Origin: Iphione sp. A-MEVVRFRX5
Lineage: Eukaryota
Assembly (NCBI GenBank): GCA_976226885.1
Contig: OZ320323.1
Span: 19,406,001 to 19,470,000 of the forward strand
DNA: 64,000 nucleotides
Reading direction: 5' to 3'
Position numbers and translations under genes: made by a program. Of the stretch, positions 1 to 13,600 are shown piece after piece. Each line of letters starts with the position of its first letter. Position 1 is the stretch's first letter. The notes beneath the pieces are model-generated. The model saw nothing but the letters and a program-made list of their open reading frames with translations. It ran no database searches and was not told the DNA's origin.

Positions 1-1392
1 TCTTCTCGCTTTGACGTCGCCTTTCATGGCACTCCGTAGGCCTACTTCTGTCCGCGCAGACTACTATACAATCTCTCTACAGCTTCCTGTGCACCTAGAA
101 CACAATGGAGACACTTATTTCGTCGAGAATGAAATCTTTCCACCCTTTTTATGCTGGCCCTCTTGGTCCTTTCGCTGTCATCAATTCCGTCCCTTTCCTC
201 TGGTAAATACGTTAGACTACTATGCCTTAATCCTGAGGCAAACATGGTTTGTCTGTAGTTTGTCTTTGATGTCCACATTTTGATGTGCCACATTTTAGGA
301 ACACACAGGCAGACGTGTGTTTTTGTTTGGGGGGCGGGTATGGTCAACTTAATGTAAGTTCCAACCGGAGCAAAAATTCTCACGAATCATGTTTTTTTAT
401 TCAGATAACAACGCTATGTCCCATCCCCCCCATCCCCACCCAGGGGCCTTTACGTAATGTGCGGCTCGTCAATGATGTTACCGAGCTTCACGGTCAGAAT
501 TCATTTCTTCCATTAGCATCATCTGAAACAATTAAAATACACCATCTCTGATTTGCTCTGTCTAAATGTTTACACTCATTACCGTAGTCTTAAACAAACT
601 TCCGGTCAACACCTATATATCATCTCCGACTGTCTTTGTCTGAATGTATCATTCCTATACCGATCGAAAACAAATCGAGGTTATTATTCAAATACACGTA
701 CCGGTATATTAATACCCCGACTATTTCTGTCATAATATTTACATACAATAACACACATCATAATATTCACACACAATAACACACTCTAAACCGAATCCCG
801 GTTACATTCAAATAACCTTAAAAAAAACTCCTTCTTTTCAGCAATAACACGTTATCCTCGTAGTCAGACAAAAGTTTTCGTCTCTAATTCTAGTGGACAA
901 AATAAGCTTCACGTTCTCGGCATAGTAATTGCACGAAGTTGGGGCACCATGGCAGGCCCATGGTATCCATATAGACAATCTGGCAAAAGGGGGAGCCAGA
1001 GGGGCAGCAAAGAAGCGGAGAGTGGGCCGAAAGACCCCGCCGGGCAGGCGGCGGGGAGGCCCGGAGATGCCAGCACCGACGAGTAGTAATGACAGAACAA
1101 ACCAACTTTGATACGAATCCATTTTCTAACATCAAAGCGGTCTTTGGGCTGGCCCTGTACCCTTCGCGCGACCTTTCCGACCGGAGCTGTGCCTCTCGAA
1201 ATCGCCGTCTAGATGTGGGTGTTTGCTCATGTGATCATGACGAAGTCTCGGCCTGGATGGGCCTTCCATCGATCTGGTCGAATCCCGTGTGTTTGTCGGA
1301 GCATTTCTGCGAATTCGAATGACGTCCACACACATTTTATTTGGTATTATCACTGTTAACACAGAAGGCTTTGAAAAACACGATATACGTTA

Positions 1393-3330
1393 ATAGAAGA
1401 TTTATTAACGATAATTTGCTCCCGATGGGCCGAAACTGCAGCTGGCCTGCTTACATAGATGACCATTACCTGTAACGTCAGCAACCAATGTGCCCATGGT
1501 ATACATGAACAAATAACACGGTGAATAGTTTACCAAAATGGAAATATACAAGGAGACCATGAATTGTAATGCAATTGTAAATACAAATAATATTGGGTGA
1601 GATGGCTGCGATTTTACACTGGCCTGCTGGATATATACTACCTGTTGACTATAAATAACACGGAAAGCCAGGACTGACAGTGACACCTTGGTTTACTTCC
1701 AGGGTAAGGACATTACCACAGACAACCGGTAACCAACATATACGACTTAACACAAAACCTGTTGTAAAACACGAGATGTAAGATGATAGAAGATTTATTA
1801 ACAATAACTTGGCATGTTACTGAGGACGAAGAACGTATACTCTTGCAGGAGACAGTAGCTGGCCTGCTTACATAACTGACCAATACCTATTACATCAAGA
1901 ACCGATACGCTTATGATGCATGAGCTGATAAAAACATGGGGAACCTTCTATCAAAGGCCAAATATAAGCCATTCAATCCGAGAAGGAGAACCATTGAGCT
2001 GCCTGGTTGGAGGCTAGGGGTCCTTGATGAGTAAGTGAGAAGGTATCAGTTTCCGTGTACCCTGGGCCACGATCTCATCCGATGACGCATCCGGGGCTTG
2101 TAGGCTGGTGGCTCCTCCCCTGCTGAAACTATGGAAGGCAAACTGATCTGGGGCGAAGCCTTATTTCGAATTAATAATCCGAAGATTTTTGAAAACATGA
2201 GAGACGATGAGGGAAAATGAAAAGGCTGGGTCAAAGAACATGGGTTGAATGGAGGAGAAGTGGGGTGGGGTGAAGATGGCTAGCATATCCTCCATATTCT
2301 TAAGATGGCATAACTCCGATCCTTGCAGAGCAGGGATTGTGATGATGGGAGGATCGTTTTTCATGAAAATTTAAAACCATTTAAAGTTGAAGGCCATTGA
2401 AGTAGCGTGGAAACCACATCTCCTCTTGTAATTTGTTTGGTGGTGTTAAATGGCAGAGGTGATTTGGATAATACAGATTAACAGAAAAGGAAATCAATAA
2501 AAGAAAAGGAGATTTAATGGTTTTACCCAGTGATCCCAGGTGGTCCAGGAACCTAACTATACACAGGATCTGGCTCTTGGTAATTGGTACTTTATGGTGT
2601 ACCATGTGGTCAGATGATTTTTCGATTGCCTTTAATGCAATGGCAACACGGGTTGAATTCAGGATTGGGACATCCTTGTCACCTTTCAGGAGAAACTTTG
2701 TGGGAGATGTTATGTGCTGGTCCACTACTTGGGGGCTCTTAAACTTTGGGGCTAGGTACTTTATAAAAATCAAAACGTGATCAGTAGTGATTGATTAAAG
2801 ATTAAATCATAGTCCGTTACGAAACCAGTGCACAACATATCCATATGGTGCCTGGAATGTATAGGATCTCTTCTCTTACTGCCTACTTGTGTCTTGTGAT
2901 GATGGTTCTAGCTAATGGTACAAACCTGGTGTATGTTGTGGGTCTTCAGCCGATGGTTGTTCATGATGAGACCTTTCCGTCTCTTGTTCCCAGTCCGGGT
3001 CGGTGTCGGTTTGTCCTTCTGCACACGTGGACGTGGACTTCTGAATGGCCTTGCGTGACTGAGTCCCAGTGAATACACCTAATAAACTGATGGGTTGTTG
3101 TCTTCTTGGCTTTCACGTCTGAAGGTAGTTCCTTGAAGGCAGCAACTAGGATATCATTCAACTTGTCTCCTGTCGACATGATGAAGGGCACAAGAAGGAA
3201 GAGCCGGGCACGTCTTTCATGTTGGCCTGCTGGATATACTACCTGTTGACTATTAATAACCTGGGTAGCTAGGGCTGATAAGGATACCTTGCTTTATGTT
3301 CCACCGCCAAACGGTAACCAGCATATTTCA
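1393..3330 (-). mobile_element. Ngaro-like (DIRS order) tyrosine-recombinase retrotransposon, internally deleted and decayed
   Basis: A YR pseudogene is flanked by two pairs of direct repeats: A (~3223-3330 vs ~1618-1745; tggcctgctggatat(at)actacctgttgactat shared) and B (~1786-1975 vs ~1393-1550; tagaagatttattaac and gctggcctgcttacata shared). On the minus strand the order is A1-[YR]-B1-A2-B2, the Ngaro split-direct-repeat layout. Boundaries are approximate. Confidence 0.7.
2040..2900 (-). pseudogene. Tyrosine recombinase (DIRS/Ngaro-type YR) pseudogene with stops and frameshifts
   Basis: Minus-strand fragments HVLIFIKYLAPKFKSPQ...VAIALKAIEKSSDHMVHHKVPITKSQIL, ITIPALQGSELC and GFAPDQFAFHSFSRGGATSLQAPDASSDEIVAQGTRK match the DIRS YR pattern (L.GI.R...K.PIT; HSFRRGGAT...GxW). 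In-frame TAA at 2161-2163. Confidence 0.8.
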
Positions 3331-5987
3331 CGAAAACGGAGGGATGGGGATGATGTTGAGCTTTAATTAATCAACTACTAACCCAGCAATACTACAATGG
3401 TGAAATTCAGTTCTGACATACATGTAATTCATGAAGTATTCAAATGGTAAATATATTGTGTTTGACACTTTTGTACCTTGCCGTGACTTGCCTGCTGGCC
3501 TTTCACGAGTAGTTTATTCACGAAAGTATAGGAGTTTCTCAGCGTTTTAGAACGTGTAATTCACAATGACATTCCCCTGATTATGCGTGACTTATTGCAA
3601 TAGGGTTAACTGTAGGTAACTGCGTAGGTTGTCTGTATATGGGCCTCATTAAATGATACACATAATCAGATTAGACTAATGAAATCTACGTAACATGAGA
3701 AAAACGATCATTTGCGAAACTTCCAAATGTCGATTTCTTACGTTTCACAGCTAGAATATATATTGTTTATTGTGTAACCAACAAACAAGCGGCAGTTGTT
3801 CCCATTATAAGTTCGATTAATTTTTACCGTCGTAATTGAGCTAACTAGGCTGTCGCTACATGTTACATAAAGGAATCATTAGGGTTCGTGTTAGACAGAC
3901 TACAGCAAAAAACGCAATAGGACGTGTGAATGGGAGAGCTAACCATTCTGCTGTCCAGAACCAATGTCTCTAACATGCTTTAATAATTCCACTTTCCGCA
4001 GCTGGGACAGGGAGCGTCGAAGGAATGGGTTTCACAAATACGGCTAGCTTGTCTGAATTAACGATAGTTGTGGAGGAAAGTGCTGACATCAGCTCAGAGC
4101 TGCTCTTAATTGCTCTTGTCGAGCTACGGCGCAGCTGTGAACCTGTTAACACCGTCCGCCGAGTGTAAAAAGGAATGAATGACCTCCCCTCAGAAGACTG
4201 TGTGGTGATTTACAGTGTGCATACACATTATTTCAGGAACGCGTAGACGTACCAACACATTCATTACCACCACAGGTGCCTGGCAGGGGGGCTTGGACGG
4301 CTGGTGTGATGATAGCAGAATATATATTTACAAATCTAGCACATTTAACAACAGAAGTCGAAATGTCTGTTCTATCACGAAGAAACCGTTTCGGCGCTCT
4401 GATGACAAGCGTAATAGCTGAGAACAATTTCCAAGAACGTGGTATAACGCGACAGCGTATGCCTGAACTGCAATGTGGTGTACCGCGGTGTACAGAATAG
4501 AATTTTCCGTATGTACAGTCTCCCTGTGAGAACATATTCAGAGTGAAGGGAGTGTAGGCAGATACATCCGCGATAACAAAAAAAAACAAAACTGTTATGC
4601 TACGTCACGACTTACCTAGACCCACTTATGTGACCCTCACACATTTGGTCAACAAGCCCCAACACTGGAGGCGTACCGTACCTCTCCTCAGGTAACAGGC
4701 CCCTCGCAATCCTGATTGTTGGCAGCCGCAAGCAATCACTGTCGCTAAGACCAAAAATGTCGGACATAATCACAAGGCCAGTGGCCGGAATTCTCACATC
4801 ACTATTTGCTCTTAGCCGCCTCCGCTACAGCTTGACACAGAGGGACAGGGGGTAATATATCTCCAATGCCACAGCTCTCGAGTGTCTGCTCTCTCCATGT
4901 AATGCTATTTGTCGGGAAAAAAAGAGTCTCGTTCTCCAAATTCGTCGGATGAACATTTTCACACAAAGAACATTGCCGGAAGACTCTCATGACATGGCCA
5001 TAATGATCCGCATTATAATTAAAGTGACTAGAAGTGATAGATAACATATCCTACGTTAAAGTGTTAGGATGAAAAAATGTATTCAGTTGCAATCACGTCT
5101 TCTGTATGTAGTTTAAATACTAATCTTCCATGTGATTATAGATCATTAAGCATGTGTTGTATGATTAGCCGAATATTTTAATACAGGTATATTTTACTCA
5201 AACGTATATTGCACATTTAACATATAAAAGTGTCAGATAAGATAAGTTTTTATTGTCTCTTAGAGACGCTTTTCAAAGTATGGATGATGAAGCTAATACA
5301 TGGTTCGAACAAGTGCTATAATAACATAGGAACTACACTATAGGTGACTAAGAGTGCATGAAACTAAGATAACTGCATAGGAGTAGTGTGGATTTTCTAC
5401 TGATGACAGTGAGTAAATTCTGTCCTGGGTTTAGGAATATATAGTGTGTCTGGATATATGTTATCATTCAATGATATATATTTTATAATTATAGGAAACT
5501 GACCTCGCACATAACACTTGAATCATGATGAAGTGACTTCACATGTTGACCGGTAAAGGGCAAGATAGAGAGTGTCTTCTTAGGCCAAAAAGAACCACTT
5601 CTAATGGTCAGATTTTACAAAGATATACATGTATATGAAACGAAAGCTGGGTCCATGAGGAAGACAAAGAGCTGCAGTATGACTTTCTAAGACCACTGTA
5701 ATGAATTCTATTGCCATGTAAATGTTAGCCGATCACTCACGGGTTCCCTGTGGGAAAATGGCAACAACGTAATTGTACATCGTAAAAACTAACGCACCAT
5801 TTGACACACTGCTATATGGGTCAATGTTTCGATGAATTAAGATGTAATTGAGTCTGTAAGAGCAATTTTTGACATATGGTTGTCAAATTAATGATGATAT
5901 TTGATGTGTATTTGTAATAAAACGCAGAAACAGGACGATACCTGTCTATCACTTCCAATTTCTACTGCAAAAACTGACAAACTTTAC

Positions 5988-6002
5988 GAGAGAGAAAGAA
6001 CG

Positions 6003-6056
<54 letters not shown>

Positions 6057-6060
6057 AGAG
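5988..6060. repeat. (GA)n microsatellite
   Basis: Perfect AG run ~6007-6048 with degenerate flanks. Confidence 0.97.
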
Positions 6061-8436
6061 GGCTGTGACTTTAAGCAAGATACAGCCCTCGTAGAGTATG
6101 TACTTGGATATATTTCTTCATAATATCCTCAGCTATGCCTCGAACATTATTCAGTAATATGTTGCACACAGTGGTCTACTCATGCAGTATCTATCACTTA
6201 TACTGTACATCATATTTGTCTGCCCAGGCGTATATAAATACCCAGAAGTATATGAATGTTTGTTCATCCCGTAGATCTATTTGAATGCTCTTAGGTACAT
6301 CTTGCTTTGATTACAAGAGAAGGCACATAACTCCTAGTAATACCTTAAATAAAACGGTAATATTCATCGGTGAAAAGTTACTTGTTAATGTTGAAAGGCC
6401 AAGTTTATGAGTTAGATAATGATCATTGTCAACTATGATATCTTCTCACAAAAAGAAGTTGAAGTTTCGATACATCGCTTAATAGTGAAGAGATATGCAA
6501 TAAGACGAAGGGAGTACTTTAAATTCATCAAACCGAACTGTGTAAGCAAATGCTCGGTCGTCTGGTTACTGTTGGTTGTGCAATATGTACCACAACATTT
6601 CTGTACAAGAGGGAAACTTCAACAGGTAGCTAAAGTCAATAGAATATGTATGACACAGACAGTAGCTCCAAAATTTCCACTGTGAAGAGAGGCTTAGGAA
6701 TAGCTTTGAAAGTATTCTCTTGAAACATTTTCTTACCTATGTCACTAATGACCGATGTAGTAAAGTGTTTTTTCAATAAGCAATCACAGATACGTTTTCC
6801 ATGGAATCGTCTTTCATCAAAACGATATGTAGTTTATACTTTGATTAATTGATACTTTGTAACTAGAGGCGCCATCGCTTGAGAGTTTCAAATCCCGTGT
6901 CTAGGGTAAGCTACTCTTTGAACTCGTCAAGCGCGAGTGAGAGATTTGGTTTTCCACGTGCTGACAAGCTTGGTTTTGAGCTCCATCATGTCTACACAAA
7001 GTTTCATTCATAACTAACGTCTGTATACATGTATACAGTCAGGCTCTACTTAAAGTGGCTTAATTGCCTCTTCGCTCATCATAATCGAAGAGAATTTAGG
7101 AAACAGAAGTTGTTCGGATAGCGAGGGATACTTGTTAAATAAATTGTAGTTCTAAGGCTCAAATAAAGACGTAGTTTTGAAAGAATGTCTTTTGTGTCTC
7201 AATAAAGAAGGTCCGTGCTCGAATAACGTTCCAGTAGAAAGGGGAAAGGTCTATTACTCTAGTTGGCCCTTTTATATAGCACTAGCCCAATGTCAACTGA
7301 TCTCAAAACATAATGAAACCCATCCTTTCCTAATACGATAAATAATGCTGAATAGTTTTGCACGCCTAAGAGTAACTTGGAGGACAGATTATTCTTCCTT
7401 CAGTTCAGACGGAGGACGGAGTAGCATAATCTTTTTTGAGACTAGAATGTCAGTTCGTAGAACGCAAAATAGAGTCAGATACACAAAGTCCCGACTAGAT
7501 ATACTAAATAAGGTGTTTATTTCTATATTGGTGTATAGTAAATGACATTGTTGATTTGAGTCACCCTGTCAACATAAACATATTCAGTGGTGTTGTGGTG
7601 ATGTTATACTTATAATGGAATGTATTTGGTAACAATAGTTATTCAGATTAAACATTTCTCTTTATGTATAGAGCCTGAATTTGGTGTATAACCCCCAATT
7701 TGCGTGTAGGATGTGTGATCTATTCAATGCATACATAATATATACGGTATGAAATACACTTTTCTGTTCGGCTACAGGATGACACGTCTGTTTTGTGATA
7801 TCAGTTCACTATGTTACAACCTCGTAGATAGTGTACATTTGAAAAGATCAACTGGCTGCCCTTCACTATAAAGAAAAAAGACATACAAATTAAGCACATT
7901 GATTGAAGGCTTAATGCATCCAGCGTCCAGCTCTGATACGGTAAACCTTTACGTTCACGCTTTGATCCGTTGAATTTCATAAAAAAAACCTACCTTCGTA
8001 TGTTACAACGTTCGGCGAAATAGCCCCATATGACGAAACGATGATGCATAGATACAAATACGTACGCTACATACAGATGTGTCTCTATTTGCTGTCTATG
8101 GAGTCTACATATGGGCCTCGAAGGGAGATTTTGTATGTCCACCGCACATTCTTCACTTGCCTGCCGGGGACCAAGTTACAAACTCGCGTACGCCACAAAT
8201 ATTAACTGTACATTCATTCGACACTTATTTTTAAGCTCTAGTTGGTATGCTTCAATATATATGTATATAATGCAAACTATGATCAACAGTATGATGAAAG
8301 ACTTAATTTATATGAAGACCTACTGTTTATCATGACATGGTATGTAGTCATTTATCCTAATTTAAATTGTATACTTTGTTTTTTTTTAGTTAGAGTCTAC
8401 TGCAAACTAGTAATGCAGGCTGCCACACCATTATTT

Positions 8437-8478
8437 AATTGCATATGAAGATGGTGAATTGCATATGAAGATGGTGAA
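8437..8478. repeat. 20-bp tandem duplication
   Basis: aattgcatatgaagatggtg occurs twice head to tail. Confidence 0.9.
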
Positions 8479-9485
8479 AGTATATCCTTGTGAACCGCTT
8501 CCTGTCCCGGGCAACTGGAAAACGTTAATTTAAAATAGGAAGGATGGTAATAATTAGCAGCGCACCGTGTTAGGTCTGACTTGGAATAGAAAGTTTATTT
8601 GAATTTGTGGCTGAATAATGTTTTGTATTTAGTTCTACTTTGTTCTATATGTCTTCCCGTCTTTAAAATGGATTTTTCTTATACATGTACACACTCGCCT
8701 TGATACCTAAGTGGGGTATTTTATGGGGAGCAGCCATATTAGCCCTTTATTCTGAGTGGCCCCTGCATCTAATTGAACCACATGGTGAGTTATTAGTACG
8801 AGCTGCTGTATAACTTGTAGCAGACATTAAGGTAAGGGATCTTGTACCATGAAGCTCTTGGCTTTTTTGAGGAGGAAAGGAAAACTTCCGGTGTTCAGTT
8901 CTCAATCAAAGTCTTCTTCACAAAAGAGCATTACTAAGCTGTCATTGACCTCTAATAAGTAAGATACAATACCGTTAGGAATATAGTTTCACTGCAGCGA
9001 TGTTTTCTTTTACGATAAAAAAAACCCTTCTTGACAGGTAAACCACTGACATTTTTCCTTTACAAACAGATCCTGAACCTGCGGTGCTGTCTGGGGTTTA
9101 CCACAGTTTTCAGATTCAAACAACCATATAGTTGTAGTGTAATGCATATTAACCGCAGTTTAACGGCAACTTGAATCATTATGAAAAGCTGTAGACGAAT
9201 ACCTCTGTATTTGAAACGAATACACAACGATTTCGACAATAACGCCCAGTGTGGAGGAGAGAATAGAGAACGGTTGAGAGCGAGTAAGAGGAATCAAGTA
9301 GAAAAATCGATAGATAGATAGATATATAGATAGAAAGAATGGGGGAGATAGAAGCAGAAGGATAGACAGAAGGATAGACAAGTTTTCGAGCCAATCTTCA
9401 TGTGTCCCCTAAATGCCTTTGCCTTTGTCTGGTGTTTTGGCTCAGTCCAACTTCCCTAGTTTCTTCTAGAGTAGTTATTCTTCTC

Positions 9486-9786
9486 GGTCTCCTATTATAT
9501 GCCACCTTTGTTAATACTTAAGGTGCGTTTTGGTTTACTAAGGTGAAAGGCATCTCTTGTTTTGCGAGAAAACCATGTCTATAGAGTCTGAAGCATTGCT
9601 TCAACTAAAACCAAAACATACTGGGAAACTGTGTCAGTTCGACAAGTGGAAGGTAGTCTGACAAGTTCGTGGCAAGAGTAAGAACGAAACGAGGAGAAAA
9701 CACTCTGAACAGATCATCAAGCTGGATAAAGGGACTCAAAATCAGGATAAGGTGGTTGACCTTAGCGATTCTCATAATAGGCAACC
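9486..9786. mobile_element. Possible MITE sharing terminal sequence with the 10449-10602 element
   Basis: Left ggtctcctattat (9486) and right ctcataataggcaacc (9771-9786, reverse complement ggttgcctattatgag) resemble the ggtttcctattatgag terminus at 10447. Confidence 0.35.
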
Positions 9787-10049
9787 TGTCTTAGGTTGCA
9801 TGGCAGAGTCCGCGTCTGCCATTCCTACCTACACGTCTGTATACTGTAGGGAGTAGTACTGTTGGCATGAAACACGAGAAGGTCGCTTCGTACGTGGTAG
9901 AAATACATGGACGCAATAACAAGACTTAGCCGAGCTAATCCATGGAAGATGCGTACAAGTGTACAGCGCCTTCCTATCCGGCCCAGTCTCCCTGGCTGCT
10001 GTATGTCCCAGGACCTTACCGTCTTGCCTCACCTTATGGCGCCGGCTGA

Positions 10050-10275
10050 CTTTCTAAGCGTCTTCTCTCTCTCTCACCTTCCTTTCTATCTCTTTTCTGT
10101 CGTTGTTAGTGTCCTAAGTCTGCCATCCCCTTTTTGCTCTCTCTCTCTCCCTTCCTTTCTATCTCTTTTTCGTCGTTGTTAGTATCCTAAGTCTGCCATC
10201 CATTTCTTCCTCTCTCCCTCCTTCTCTCTCTTTATCTCTCCGTGTCTCTCTCTCTCTATCTATCTCTCCCTATAA
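10050..10275. repeat. CT-rich low-complexity tract containing a 73-bp-period duplication
   Basis: cctttctatctctttt..gtcgttgttagt.tcctaagtctgccatcc at 10081 and 10154. Confidence 0.85.
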
Positions 10276-10448
10276 CTCTAAAAGATTTTAGCGTGAATGG
10301 AGATATGATTTCACCACAATCCTACAGATTAGGCGTGGTAGCATAAGCTTCTAGAATGTAGTCTATATGCTGGGGGTGTAGTTGAGGTTGTTAATGGTGT
10401 GCCACACACAATACTCTAGACACCTGTGGTCACCAAGATTAACGACGG

Positions 10449-10602
10449 TTTCCTATTATGAGTACATTCAACCATGCACTCAGCCCGCGACTTGTTGGCC
10501 AGTAAGCCGTAGGTGCCGCATGCTGTTGGCCTAGGTGCTGTAGGCATCCAGACAAACAGATCGAGGGCTGAGTGCTTGGTTGAATGTACTCACAATAAGA
10601 AA
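10449..10602. mobile_element. ~154-bp MITE / inverted-repeat element
   Basis: 10449-10490 pairs with 10561-10602 as a 42-bp inverted repeat with 4 mismatches. Confidence 0.75.
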
Positions 10603-13600
10603 ACTATCATTACTTCTTCTTTTGACATACTTCTTCTTGCAGAATTATTTGAATTTACGAAGAATTAACCATGTCTTCAATGTTGATGTAGGTGCCGCCA
10701 TTATGTTTTGTGTGTGTGTCTATGCAAAATGCTTTCTGATTTGCATACTAGTTACCACGACACTTCGATGAAAGATAGATACATGCAAAAATTAATTTTA
10801 ACTTTTATTAAGCAGTACAATCTTACCTTTGACTAATCTCACTACCCACTTGGTTTGCTGTTTAGTACTATCTTTGTTTTTTTTTCTTTTCCTGTCATTC
10901 GTTTATTCAGAGCTTGGCATATGAAAACATTTCGTGCGGTTGTCTTCCACAAAATCATCAGAGAATGACTCACTCATTTGAACAAAAGTAGTTTTCTCAA
11001 TTTCTTATCGCTCAACTGTGTTTTACACATATTTCATTGTTTTCTATCATGAAAAGCTGGTAAATCCTACACTATAGTTGCATACATCAGTGCACGGTCG
11101 CTCTTTGTAAAATACCAGGTTGTTGTCTTAGATGATATATCTGGCCACTGTAGAAGAGATCCATCTACTGTAGGTCACGTGATGACTATCCTCTTGTCAC
11201 ATTCCTTTAAAATGTACTTCAGGTTCCTTGTCAACAAAAGAATAATGTTATTGATTTTATGTTCTCTCAAGTTGTTTATATCTAATTTGTACTAGTTTTC
11301 CCCTCCAAACGATTCTTTTACATTATATTAAATGTGGCAATATTATTATTTGTATTTTAAACTGCTTAATTTAGTGTTCACTGTAATTTTCAAAATTTTG
11401 AATCGACACACAGAACGTTTTTTACATTTACGGTGGAAAGGTGCATTATGTAAGCCAATAAAACTATCTGTATTATTTAAGAATGCATGCTGGGTTACCA
11501 GTGGAGTCCTCGGCTAATGCTGAAGTATAGCAGTATCACTACTAGCCCTATTAGAACTCCAGCCAGAATCTTTAGATAGCAACCTGGAACCACTGACTGA
11601 TGATGAAATGCTACAATACTGCAACTTCCTTCCTTCGAGCTTCGAGTTTCTCTACCCGTTCTCTGTATATATAATCTTCTTGTGTCAACCTTCTTTATGA
11701 AATACAGTATTCATTGCAGTATTCTGCTTGAGGGCAAAAATGTTTTGAATACATCACCAGTATGATATCGTTATCAACTGAAAGTGCATGTACCCTACAT
11801 ATCAGCTGTGTGTATGCACAATGCACACGCCATGCAAATATATTTATATATATATTCATATATATGGGGAAAGAGAGTGAGGGAGAGAGGCAGATAGGTG
11901 CAGACAGACAGAGATATAGAGAGGGATGACTTGAGGAACTGTATATTTGTTTAATACTCCCTAGGGTATTGGTAGGAACTTCACCTCACCTTCGCTCTGT
12001 ATGGTCCCCCGGTGAGCCCAACAAGTATCGTCTGCCAACCAATCGTTGATAAAAGATTCAAAACTGATGGCACCTCTATAACACGATAAAGATTAAAAAT
12101 TACGCCCCCCCCTTCACACTTGACTTTCTCCATCCGTCAGAGGTAGCCAATAATAGTAGCTTCCATTTTAAATGAGAAAACATTACTCTAGTCTTACGAA
12201 CATTCACCGGGGAAATTCCACGATCGAATGAAGATAACCCAGCAATCCTCTAGGGACCAATCAACATCAATACGTTTTATAAAAGGTGCGATGCCATTAG
12301 GGCTACAGGCAAGTACAGAGGGAAGATGGGAACAAGTTTCTCCCCTAAACGAAAGTATTAGTAATAAATAGTGTTTTGTTATATCCAGGAACTACACACT
12401 CGTGTAGGTTTTGGTCTGTAAGTAAATCAAGAAATTATGCCAAAGTGTCTTTGTCAATAACGGAAAAATATTTTAAACAGTTCTCAGTGACTTGTGTAAA
12501 ACATTAATAGAAAATCCAGAAATATTAGAGCCTAGGTTTTCAAATACAGTGTTTTGATAGATATTGAGTTAAAAAGATATTATTCTATGTTTGTTGCTGA
12601 TGAGGCGTAAAGCTGTCTGATTATCAGTTGCCATTGTTGTCATTGTGGCGTATTTCAAGGATTACCAGGTTAGTGTTACAATTCGTTTGCAGCACATATA
12701 TATTTTTTAGATATAAATATGTATATATCTCAACAGAAAAAAAACAACCATGCGACGTATATATATATTTACGACATACATTTTGTGGGATGTCAGATAT
12801 TATATTAAAGATCATTCTGGTGATTATTTTTTGTGTATATTCTTAGTAACGACAACGCACTGGGAATTTTGTACAACTGTCCCATTGGTACAATGTCTAA
12901 GCCTTAATTCCTTTAATGACGCTGCAAACCAAATAGAAAGCCGTAATAATACCAGGGAAACTTACTAGAAGGACTGCATCACAAGAGTCAATCACGAGGG
13001 GGGGGGGCTGGAATAGGGAGTTGTTGTTTTCTTGGAATGAATACGAATCTGATGGGTTCTATGAACGTATCCCCGTAGACTGTATCTAGCGCGAGTTCTC
13101 GTTCATCTTAAAGTTGTAGCAACGCAGTACATTATAACTCTGATTAACTAAGGACAGTGCACATTTTGGTCGAGAAAGTCGCACCTGCGAACCAAAAAGA
13201 AATTGCGTTCTAATGGTATGTGGGCCTGCGTCAATTGAAATGAGATAAAAAAATAAAACTCGCGATGAAGTTAACAGATGATCCAGGAAACCTCCTTGCA
13301 CATTACTTCCATTTCAACTCTGAAAACACGATCGTAAAACTATTTGATGGATTGGCATTACCACAAACAAATGTATTGGCTGAAACACGATGATAGGTGG
13401 ACCACCTGTTACAATGTGTGCTTTAACCGATTCATCCCACGACTGTACTAATTCTTGTAGCCATGGGCAGGTTTGAAAATGTGCCATCAATAACGGTTAA
13501 TTTTACATCATTACATTCACAACAGAATGCCCCATGGGGATAGTCGAGATTGGTCCATTGTACTGGATAAACAGAGAGTTGTCTGAGCTTATTACTTCAA

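Noticed and set aside
6860-6910. B-box-like gtttcaaatccc suggesting a tRNA or SINE head
   Set aside because: No A box at proper spacing and no cloverleaf could be drawn.
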